Assembly (NCBI GenBank): GCA_965223295.1
Contig: CBDCWC010000002.1
Span: 480,001 to 544,000, forward strand
DNA from: Nitrospirales bacterium
GTDB taxonomy: Bacteria > Nitrospirota > Nitrospiria > Nitrospirales > UBA8639
DNA: 64,000 bases
Direction of reading: 5' to 3'
Shown here: positions 19,714 to 29,493 of the stretch, one piece after another
Numbering within the stretch: the stretch's first letter is position 1
How the letters are laid out: each line of letters starts with the position of its first letter
Made by a program: the position numbers and the translations under genes
The notes under the pieces: generated by a model
Seen by the model: the letters and a program-made list of their open reading frames with translations, nothing else
Told to the model about the DNA's origin: nothing
The model's database searches: none

Positions 19714-21486
19714 CTATCCGCGCGATAGGCCATCGATATTCTCCGTCCCATAGCCGTTGGCCGAGCCATCCCAATTTAGATCGAACGTGCAACTGGTATT
19801 GGTGCCCAGGGAACTAGGCGTGCAGCGCAGCACATCTGCGCCATCACCAGAAGTACTGTTGACACTAAATATCCCACGGGTCGTCAGATAGATTTCGCCA
19901 CTATCAGCGATCCACACGCCAAAGATGTCTTCGTCATTTGATTGGTTCAGACCAACATCTGATCCATCAAAGTAGAGAGCCCAGGAACCACTGGTCGTAG
20001 CACCAAGCGAAGTAGGTGTGAAGACCAGGAGATCCTCATCCCGCCAGGTTGTACCCGTTACGTCTGAGTTGCCAATTGTGCTGATGACAAGCCGCCCGTC
20101 GTTTAAGAGATGCAGGGCATCAATATCTTCTCCGTTGGTTGTTAAGCCGACATCCGAGCCGTCAAAATACAACTCGAAGCGACCACTTGTACTTGTTCCC
20201 AGGCTTGTGGGGATAAACCGAACGATGTCCGAGTCGTCCACACTGCCTACGTCAGGAATTGTTGTTTCCCCGATAAAAGAGAGTAAAATCGTGCCATCAT
20301 TCAAGACGTGAAAGGCATTGACATCGCGGGCTCTATTACCAGATAAACCGACATCGGAGCCGTCAAAGTATCGGCTCCACGTATTGGTCGTTCGATTAAA
20401 GGCCATGATGTCCTCATCAGCGAAGGATATGCCACCAACCGAACCACCTGAGGTGGAACTGACGTACATCACATCTTGAGTTGGTGGAGCTGGATCGACG
20501 GTCCAGCTAAAATTAACAGTCGTTTGCCCGCCACGCCCGTCATTTACGATGATCGTTACGGAACTCTGGCCGTCCGTGGTCACCGTCCCGGTGATTGCAC
20601 CACTCGCCCCATTGATCGTTAATCCAGGCGGCAGGCCTGTTGTCGTATAAGTCAGCGAATCACCATCAGGATCACTGGCAATAATAGCAAGCGTCACCGT
20701 GTCCCCCACGGTATTGGTTTGGTTCCCGGGGTTGGTTACGATCGGAGGTTGATTCACCGGGGTGGAATTCACCGTCCAGGTAAAGGTCACACTATCTTGT
20801 CCCCCATTACTATCATCTACACCAACTGTGGGAGTAAATGTTCCTGCACTCGTCACGATTCCAGTGATGGCTCCGGTACTGCCATTGATACTTAACCCAG
20901 CCGGCAATCCTGTCGCATTGTACGTCAGTGTGTCTCCATCTAAATCAGACGCACTGAGGCTCAGTGCAATGCTCTCGCCTTCTGTAGAAGTTTGAGGTCC
21001 TGGATTTGTCAGAACTGGTGAAGAATTAACAATGGGTGGAGCCGGCTCGTGTTGATCAATTTGACCAAGGAAGGCCACTAACTGATTGAGTTGCGTAGTC
21101 GTGAACGAGGCGCCATCATGCGCGTTGATCGCATCAGCCAGCGAAGCGGCTGACCCATCGTGCAGATAAGGTGCTGTACTCCATAAGCCACGAAGTGTCG
21201 GAGTATCTAGACCCGTTAAAGGACCACCTAAACGACTACCACTACTCGTCTTAATCGTGCCAATGTTGTGGAGATTATTCGATGCGCTGTCTGTATAAGC
21301 TTGTCCTCTGTGACAACTGGCACATTGACTTGTTTCAAAAATCGAACGACCAGCTGCCCCATCGGGGGTCAATTCGCCATTGGTCGCGCGATTTGGACTG
21401 CTACCAAAACTCATTAAAGACTTGACATAGGCTGCCAAGGCATCGAGATCGGCACTCAAGCCCGCTTTGGCCGCGCCCAACGGGGG
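19714..21486 (-). CDS. C-terminal segment of the giant oxidase-peroxidase fusion: second haem (CASCH), 2 Ig domains, YFDGSDVGL-repeat module
   Basis: LDALAAYV, QCASCH, TPTLRGLWSTAPYLHDGS. Continues ORF 21401-21874 after a frameshift at the G5 run 21482-21486. Confidence 0.8.
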   Translation of the reverse strand, partial: PPLGAAKAGLSADLDALAAYVKSLMSFGSSPNRATNGELTPDGAAGRSIFETSQCASCHRGQAYTDSASNNLHNIGTIKTSSGSRLGGPLTGLDTPTLRGLWSTAPYLHDGSAASLADAINAHDGASFTTTQLNQLVAFLGQIDQHEPAPPIVNSSPVLTNPGPQTSTEGESIALSLSASDLDGDTLTYNATGLPAGLSINGSTGAITGIVTSAGTFTPTVGVDDSNGGQDSVTFTWTVNSTPVNQPPIVTNPGNQTNTVGDTVTLAIIASDPDGDSLTYTTTGLPPGLTINGASGAITGTVTTDGQSSVTIIVNDGRGGQTTVNFSWTVDPAPPTQDVMYVSSTSGGSVGGISFADEDIMAFNRTTNTWSRYFDGSDVGLSGNRARDVNAFHVLNDGTILLSFIGETTIPDVGSVDDSDIVRFIPTSLGTSTSGRFELYFDGSDVGLTTNGEDIDALHLLNDGRLVISTIGNSDVTGTTWRDEDLLVFTPTSLGATTSGSWALYFDGSDVGLNQSNDEDIFGVWIADSGEIYLTTRGIFSVNSTSGDGADVLRCTPSSLGTNTSCTFDLNWDGSANGYGTENIDGLSRG

Positions 21487-21870
21487 CACTCGTGGCATTG
21501 AAATCGGCATCATCCATTAATCCAGTACCGCCAGCTAGACTACGAATCTGTCCTTCGAAATCCTGCACTTCGTCAAAGTTGCTGGTCCAATGGAGACGAC
21601 CATGCTCTGACCCGCCTCGCCCATTTAGACTAATGGTATTTCGTAATCCTTCACCAAAGCCTGTCAAATCCCAAACACGCCCATCATGATCACCGTCGTT
21701 ATGACATGAGGCACAACTTATGTAAGCATCACGGGCTAGGCGATTGTCTCGAGCGTCGTAAAACAGTTGTTTCCCGTTCAGGACTTGGCTCGACAATGCT
21801 TCATTTGCGACTGTCTCATAATTTGCAATGGCATTGACCGTGAATGATCCGACATTTATCAACTGAGAGA
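21482..21870 (-). CDS. Middle segment of the giant fusion: first haem domain of a di-haem cytochrome c peroxidase-like module
   Basis: GKQLFYDA, ISCASCHNDG, GLRNTISL, LHW. Confidence 0.8.
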
Positions 21871-24800
21871 TCATAGATGCCTATGCTACGGTCCATAAAA
21901 TTATGAACATAAAGTGTTAAGCCATCAGGTGAAACCGCAAGACCCTGAGGTGCACGCCCCACATCAAAACGGAAAAGTTCAGTTTGCTGATAGGTGTCAA
22001 CGACAGCAATTTCACGACTCGTTTCTAGGGCAACGAAATAGTAGTTGCCATACAATCCAAAGGTACCTGCACTGCCCAGCCCAGCATTATCGTGATCCAA
22101 GCGCGCTGAAAAGTCTTCGCTGTCGTTGGATAAATTTATACGGGATGAAATCGCTCTGACAGTATGCTCAAAGTTTAGATTGTTTCCATCACGTAATGTT
22201 CCGCGCAAAATATTATCTTGTTTCGAGGGCACCCATGCAGTAGTGCCATCTGGTGAAATAACTGGAGCTCCTAGATAATTTGGTACCCCACGAGCACCTG
22301 CTTCGAAATCAGCCCCATTATTTACAGCTAGAACGATCGTGTTACCAACGCTCATGGTTCCAGTGTTCACGACAACGATTTCGCCACCCACTCCAACAAT
22401 TTGTGGACTGGCGGTTTGCTCGCCGGGTAATGGTGGTGTAATGAATCGAGAGACGTAGACCTTACTGCCGTCAGAGGTGATAGCGATATGGCGAGGATTG
22501 GGGCCAACATTCACACTCCCTATTTGGCTAGCGTTGCTCGGATTGAGCTGTAGCAACATACCGGTGGCTTGAAGTGCCAGGTATCCATTGTTCCCAGACG
22601 GATCAAAGAGTAGGCCAAAGGGTTGCGAGCCAGATGGGAAATTAACTGTGTTGACAACACTTAATGAGATTTGATCGATGATACTCAGCGTGGCCGAGTC
22701 TTGATTGGTAACCCATATACGACCATCTGGTGCCGTAGCTAAGCTCCGTGGTTCATTCCCAACGCCAATTTCTGCAACTTTAGTGTTGGTTATCGTATCA
22801 AAGACAGTAACTGTATTATTGTCAGGATTAACTGCCCATATTCGATCATTTCCACTTCGTGATTCGTACATCACACTCATAGAGCTGGATGGACGATTTG
22901 CTGTGAAGGGACGATGAATTGCCTGGTAGAACTGTCGAGAGACTTCTTGCGCACTATTGTCCGTCACCGTCACGGTGACAATGTAACGGCCAGGGTTTTG
23001 AAATGTATGCGAGATTGCTGCCGAGGTGCTGTATGCTGTTTCGGGAGTATTATCGCCGAAGAGCCACTTATACTGTAGTGCTCCGTTTCCGCCACTCGCG
23101 GTCGCTGTGAAGGTGATGGATTGATCAGTTGGTTGAGGGGAAGAAGTGAAGGGAGAAATGGTTATTGTTGGAGCAGGACTAATGATCCAGGTAAATGTAG
23201 TACTGTCTTGACCACCGTTGCCGTCAACCACGTTAACGGTTGTATTGAATGTCCCAGAGCTAGAAATCGTGCCACTTATCACGCCAGTAGTGTTATTGAT
23301 ACTCAAGCCCGAGGGTAGCCCACTGGAACCGTAAGAGAGTATGTCTCCATCCGAATCACTTGCACTGATGGGTAAACTTACGATGTCCCCCTCAATATTT
23401 GTTTGACTGCCAGGATTTGTTACAACGGGCGGTTGGTTCACTGGGCCAGGATTTGTCACAGTCCACGTAAACACGACACTGACATTCTCCATGCCATCAC
23501 TTATATTGAGTGTGACTGTATAGGTTCCGGCGCTATCACTGGCTAAAGTTCCCGCAATTACTCCAGTATTGCTATTGATATTCAAGCCCGGAGGTAGTCC
23601 AGTTGCGCTGTAGCTGAGGGTGTCTCCATCTGGATCGCTTGCGCTGATGGGTAGGCTTACGACGTCCCCTGCAATGTTGGTTTGATTTCCTGGATTGGTT
23701 ATGACGGGAGCTTGATTGCCGGGAGGTGAGACAAACAGTATGGTTTTTTCATTTGCGTTGTTGGCAAGAGTCCCTTGCGCGACAGGTGATCCCCAGTTGA
23801 TACCATCCGTACTAATATAAAATCGATAGGCCGACACGGTCCCATTGCCACCGCCTGGTCTGGGCAGATACTTAAATCCACCTAGATCATAACTTGCACC
23901 CAAGTTCACGACGATCTCATGAGGATGAGCTGGATCATTGTCGTCCCCAGCATTGGCAAACCATTCGGTATGCCAGAAGGTTTGGGTGTTTCCATCAATA
24001 GCATTGACGGCTCGTCCGTCTTCTCCCACTGTCTCTTGACTATCGAATGAGACCACCGACCAACCTACTTGGTTTAATGGATTGCCATTGGTGTCCAACA
24101 CATTGAGTTCAGCCATGCTTGTCCATGGTTTTCCATTAATTTCAGAATCAGCAACAAAGCGAACATATTGATGAGCGCCTGGCGTGGGAGGTTCGCTCAC
24201 GACTTGGATGACTTTGGCGATAGAAGGAACGTTTTGCTCATTGAGTGCGAAAAGCATCCAGTAACCCGGTGTCAATACGTTGCGGTTACTCTCCAATGTC
24301 AGTTGATAGTTTCCATTGTCGCTACTAAAAGGCACGTTGAGGAATCGTACATCTGTGTTGTGAGAATGAGTCGTTCCCGACATTTTGATCATGCTGAATT
24401 TCTGAATGTTGGGGGTGGCGACTACGTCGACTGTGGCTCCAAATGTTGAAATGTCTGTGGCACTAGTGATCGAGGGACGAGTAGCTAACGTGCCGTCGGC
24501 ACTAAAAAGATAAGATGGCGAGTAGATTTGGTGGTCAGGATGATCGGCATTACAGCCACACAATCCCCCGCCGCCAGAAAAGACACGGCCGTCAGGCATG
24601 AGCAGTGCCACGGAATGGTAATTGCGGGGCACTGTGTGGTCTGCCACTTCCCGCCACAGTTGAGTCTGTGGATTCCAGATTTCAGGGGTCAGAATTGTAC
24701 CCTGATCGCTAAACCATACATCCTGGGATGTGCCACCGACGACCAAGACTTCCCCTGTTGGCAACACCACAGCATTGGAATGGGCGCGCGGTTGTATCAG

Positions 24801-25793
24801 ATTGTTTACCGGCGTCACCTGAGGCGTTGTCCCATTCATGTCCACAATGGTGGCCCTATTTTTGGCACTGACTCCTCCAAGCGTCAAAACCTTGCCTTTG
24901 TCAAACATGATCATCGTGCCTGCCTGATTATTTGCATCCCAGTCGGTAATCCCCGCGGCAGTTTCCTGAATTGAGCCATTACCCTGTGGAGTGATGTAAT
25001 GCATTTGGGGAGTGGGGCCAAGATGTAGAATGTCGCCATTGGGAGCTACCGTGAGCATGGGGAACCATTCCGGGCGTCCATAATCTGTGTAGTCAAGAAT
25101 AGGACCTTGCAGATCAATGCCAGTGAGCCATTGCCACCCTGAGCCTTCCGTCCACAACTCTGGGTAACGACTTCCGGGACTGCCTAAAGCCATAAAGACC
25201 TGGCCATCTGGGAGTTGTAGGGACCCGTTGTACCAGCGACCAATATTGGCGTCGTCGATACGTCGCCAATTGTTGGTGCGATAATCAAAAAGACTGGTAC
25301 GTTCTCTCGTTCCATCACCTCCGACGACAAAGATTTGACCATTTTCCCGCATGGTAGGAATTGCACAGAACATTGAATGTTGGGCATAGTTGTCCTCGGT
25401 AATCTGTCCTGTTACCGGATCCCATATACCTGTATATGTGTTAGAACCACCATTAAAGGTAGTTCGGTTGTTCCCGCCCCAGGCAATAATTCGGCCATCC
25501 GGTAGATTGGCGGCGGACGCAAATACGAAGGGCCAAGTTGTTACTGGACCCCACTGACCGACCTGGTCGAGAGGCTCATTGGCTGCTAAGGCTTCTCCTG
25601 CGAGGGGCTCATTGGTTGATAAGGATTGTTGTTGAGGTGTAACAAATGCGGGTTCATTGCGTTGGCGAGCGAGTTCTGCTGCTGCATAGTCCTCATCAAC
25701 GTGTGACCATGCATGCCCGATTAAGCCTATTTCTAATGTGAATAAAGTCAAAAATACAAAATTCCATTTCCGCCAAAAATACTGAGATTTCAT
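21865..25793 (-). CDS. N-terminal segment of the giant fusion: galactose-oxidase-like copper radical oxidase (AA5) + F5/8 discoidin + 2 Ig + PKD + YVTN beta-propeller
   Basis: Signal peptide after GAAGGA RBS (ATG 25793). HSMFC, GRWY, RNYHSVALLMPDGRVFSGGGGLCG, TTHS, PGYWMLF; discoidin AIDGNTQTFWHT; PKD YKWLFGD; propeller VNPDNNTV and VGRAPQGLA. Confidence 0.85.
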
Positions 25794-26455
25794 GATATGT
25801 TCCTTCGGGTCTAGATACGGCCAGAGTGGTAGTCCCTGAATAACTAGTGATGGGTGGATAATTAACAAAGTCGTAGAAGAAAAAACTATGACTCATAAGA
25901 GGTACTGTGGTCTGATGAATCTTCGCGAGGTTGCACCGTGGAGATTCTCAGAGGCAGGGTTGGTCGGAAAGCTGTTGTCTGCCATTTGAAATATTTGAGG
26001 ACCTGTACAGGCCTTGGACGCCATGAACTATCAGCCAACCTTCACAGGCTGAAAGAGCCATCTGCTTAGATCAACGAAATACCATGGGATATGAAGAGAT
26101 AATTTGGGATAATTCATCCACCTCATTACAATGGCTAATATAGAGAGGCTGCTGATGACAAAGAACGCACCAAAGAGAATAGCCGGGCAGCCACGGATAG
26201 TGGGCTTGCCTATTAGCTTGGCCCCTAAGCAGGAAAACGTTTGATATTTTGGTATAGAGCGGTTTCCACATCGTCCATGTCTTTTGTCGTCATGTGATTT
26301 GTAAAGGATGATCCCTTGTCTTTCTTGTCCGTGCCTCTTCTCAGTCTATTGACTCTTGTTGCCAAGAGTGAGAGTGATAGTTCATAGATCTTTCTTTGGT
26401 ATACTGGGCGCTATAATAGAACACATTCACTAGCGCAGAAGGAGACGTGAGGCAG

Positions 26456-27814
26456 ATGAAACAGATTATGGTTGTCGGGGCAGGGGCGGTTGGTGGGTAT
26501 TTCGGAGCGCATTTAGCACGAAAGCATTCGAATGTGTCTTTTTTATTGCGGCCCAAAACACAACAGGCCGTGGCGATCAACGGCCTGACAATTCGAAGTG
26601 CGATTGGAGAGAATTTTACCGTGCGTCCTCCTTCGGCATCTCATCCACAAGACTTGCCCCAGTCTGATCTAATCATTCTAGGTGTGAAGGCATATGATCT
26701 GGATGAAGTCATGGATCAACTTGAGCCAATCTTGAGACCCGATACGACGATTTTAACATTACAAAACGGTGTCACGATTGAAGATAGGTTGAAAATGAGG
26801 TTTGGGCGGGAGCGTGTGGTGGGCGGAGTCGCATTTATTTATTCCAAGATTGCCGAGCCTGGTGTAATCGAGCATTTCAAGAAAGGAATGGTCACAATTG
26901 GCGAGTTAATGGGGTTGGAGACACCGCGTCTTCGACAAATACAAGAGTTCTTTAAGGAAGCGGGGATCCCATGCTTTTTGACTGATGATATTCGCAAAGC
27001 TAAGTGGGAGAAAATGTGTTGGAATTGTGTCTTTAATCCTCTGACCGTGGTTCTCAATGATCATGTTGCGAAAGCTTTGGACGAGCCCGCCTTGCAACCG
27101 GTCATTACCACGATTGTTCAAGAAGTCGCCGCCATCGCGATGGCCACCCAGCGAGTGCCGTTGGACGGAGATATGCCTGAGAAAGTTGTGAGATGGTCGC
27201 AAGAGCTTCGAGATATTCATACTTCGATGTACGATGATTGGAAGGCTGGACGTCAGACTGAAATTGATGAGTTAAACGGGTATGTTGTGAAAGAGGGAAA
27301 AGAATTAGGTGTGCCAACGCCCATGAATGAGATGTTGACAGCGCTTGTTAAGGGGATGACAGTACAAAAGTGTGTGGAGGAGCCAGTTGTAAGTGTAGAG
27401 GGCGATGTTCAACATGCCCTGCAATTTTCTCGAGCACATTTACGGAATCTGCCTGAGAAATATCAAGTTTCTGATATTGGCGCCGTGATGCCAAATATGC
27501 GGGGTGCGGGTGTAAAAATTCAAGCACTCTTGGAAGCCGTGACTCTTCAAGTAGGAGTTGATCATGTGACTTTTTATTCCGAAGATCAAAATTATTCAGC
27601 CTGTCTCACGGTAGATCAGGCTCATCAGTTTGGTATTTTGCTGTATGAACAAAATGGAGAAGGTTTCCCCGATGAGCAGGGAGGTCCGTTTCGATTTGTT
27701 GCTCCGGGATTGGGCGATCTGTGTGCAAATGTGAAGCAGGTTCGGGAAATAGTTTTTTCGATAGGGTCTGTTCAAGATACACGTCCTCTCAAAGCGTGTA
27801 CAGAAGAGCGGTAG
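26456..27814 (+). CDS. panE: 2-dehydropantoate 2-reductase with a C-terminal molybdopterin-oxidoreductase-like domain
   Basis: VVGAGAVG, VKAYD, LQNG, KWEK, SMYDD, TEIDELNG; extra ~140 aa with GGPFRFV and NVKQV. Confidence 0.85.
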   Translation: MKQIMVVGAGAVGGYFGAHLARKHSNVSFLLRPKTQQAVAINGLTIRSAIGENFTVRPPSASHPQDLPQSDLIILGVKAYDLDEVMDQLEPILRPDTTILTLQNGVTIEDRLKMRFGRERVVGGVAFIYSKIAEPGVIEHFKKGMVTIGELMGLETPRLRQIQEFFKEAGIPCFLTDDIRKAKWEKMCWNCVFNPLTVVLNDHVAKALDEPALQPVITTIVQEVAAIAMATQRVPLDGDMPEKVVRWSQELRDIHTSMYDDWKAGRQTEIDELNGYVVKEGKELGVPTPMNEMLTALVKGMTVQKCVEEPVVSVEGDVQHALQFSRAHLRNLPEKYQVSDIGAVMPNMRGAGVKIQALLEAVTLQVGVDHVTFYSEDQNYSACLTVDQAHQFGILLYEQNGEGFPDEQGGPFRFVAPGLGDLCANVKQVREIVFSIGSVQDTRPLKACTEER

Positions 27815-28200
27815 GAAGGGCCATCCCAGAAGTTGGCTCTTCATAAAGTTTCTGCAAAAATTTCCTTCAACTGTATAAGGTTTTTGTAAAGATTTTCATG
27901 CATCGTAAGTTTTTCAGACCGTCTTTATCACAGTCATTGAATTGGCCAACTAAGTTTCTCAACATCATCAGTCAAGCCATTCTGTAATGCCAGTAAGGGT
28001 ACAGCCTCATTTCCCTTAAACGGTTGTTTGAAGATCATGGCTTGAGTCCTTGAGTAATTGCAGGCCATAGCTTGCACGTTCTTCATTTCGCCTTGTTTGA
28101 CCATTTTCCGCCTTTTCCCTACACTCCGCTGTCATAAAAACCGCATTGTATTTTTTGATGCCTGCTTTCATTTATCTATCCTCTTTTGCAGGAGGAAGTC

Positions 28201-29493
28201 ATGGATAAACTCGAAATTTTTCCCTGGGCCAAAAACTTTGAAACCGGCATTGATGTTATTGATGAACAGCATAAGAAATTAGTGACTATTTTGAATACTT
28301 TAGCAGGGCATCTGGCGAACTGTTCTTTGCCGGACGAGATGAATACGGTCTTCGATGAGTTAGCGGCCTATGCCAACTATCATTTCAAGTCGGAAGAGGA
28401 AATTTGGAGTGCGCATTTTAAGGATGATCAGTGGTACATGAATCATCTTAAAACACATGAAACCTTCCTTAGTAATGTGGGGAATTTAAAAAAAGAAGAA
28501 GGTGAGAAATCCCTGGATAAGGTCATCCAGGATATTGTGACTTTTCTTTCGAAGTGGCTGGCTTATCATATTTTAGATACCGACAAACGCATGGCCAAAA
28601 CGATTCAGGCGATGGAATCAGGGAAGTCTCTGGAAGAAGCTAAAGCCATTGCCAATGAAGAGATGAGTGGTTCGATGAGAGTGCTGATCGATACCGTACT
28701 CAACATGTATGAGGGGATCTCCGTTCGTACTGTCGAGCTGATGCGGGAAAAGGTTCGCCGGAGACAAGCTGAACAGGCATTAGCTGCAAGCGAAGAACGC
28801 TGGAACTTTATTCTGAAATACATCTTGAGTGACAATGAAGACAATGTCTGGGATTGGGATATTGAAAACAGTATTCAATATCTTTCTGGAGTCGATCTCC
28901 CTGTATTTTATGTGGTGGATGATAGCCAGCCATCCTTCAAGAAAGATTCGACGATTCATCCGGCTGATTTTGAGAAGGTCAAAGAGGACTTGCAGGCGCA
29001 TCTTGATGGTAAAACAGATTTCTTCATTAACAAGCATCGGGTCTTACGTCATGGGGGACAGTGGTCCTGGGTGTTATCTCGAGGGAAAGTGGTCAGTCGT
29101 GATGAGCGCGGTAAGGCTTTACGGATGGTGGGCACGCAAACGGATATTACTGAGCGGGAACTGGCAGCGCTCATCTATAAAAATAGCAGTCAGGCGATGT
29201 TTGTAACTGATCTTGAAAACAAGATTATCGGGGTGAATACGGCATTTTCAAAGCTGACGGGTTATGCCGCTGATGAAATCATTGGGAAATCTTCGGCTTA
29301 TTTTTTATCGGATAGGCATGATAAGGAATTTTTCCAGCAAATAAAGGAAAGCCTGGCCTTAACTGGGCGTTGGGAAGGTGAAATATGGAATACACGTAAA
29401 AACGGAGAAGAGTTTCCCGCGTTGCAGACGATTAATGCCGTTGTCGATTCAGAAGGTGTGCTGAATTATTCTGTCGGGCTCTTATATGACTGA
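28201..29493 (+). CDS. Bacteriohemerythrin + 2 PAS sensor (N-terminal part of a hybrid histidine kinase)
   Basis: IDEQH, HFKSEE, HLKTH, WLAYHILDTD; PAS motifs IHPAD, TDITER, RKNGE. GGAGG RBS. Confidence 0.88.
   Translation: MDKLEIFPWAKNFETGIDVIDEQHKKLVTILNTLAGHLANCSLPDEMNTVFDELAAYANYHFKSEEEIWSAHFKDDQWYMNHLKTHETFLSNVGNLKKEEGEKSLDKVIQDIVTFLSKWLAYHILDTDKRMAKTIQAMESGKSLEEAKAIANEEMSGSMRVLIDTVLNMYEGISVRTVELMREKVRRRQAEQALAASEERWNFILKYILSDNEDNVWDWDIENSIQYLSGVDLPVFYVVDDSQPSFKKDSTIHPADFEKVKEDLQAHLDGKTDFFINKHRVLRHGGQWSWVLSRGKVVSRDERGKALRMVGTQTDITERELAALIYKNSSQAMFVTDLENKIIGVNTAFSKLTGYAADEIIGKSSAYFLSDRHDKEFFQQIKESLALTGRWEGEIWNTRKNGEEFPALQTINAVVDSEGVLNYSVGLLYD

Noticed and set aside
25900-26300. Possible structured leader or riboswitch upstream of the giant oxidase gene
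   Set aside because: Some GC-rich hairpin potential, but no match to any aptamer consensus I recognise. An Infernal/Rfam scan would be needed.
27934-28104. 56-aa minus-strand ORF upstream of the hemerythrin gene
   Set aside because: No recognisable homology or RBS; possibly a gene remnant.
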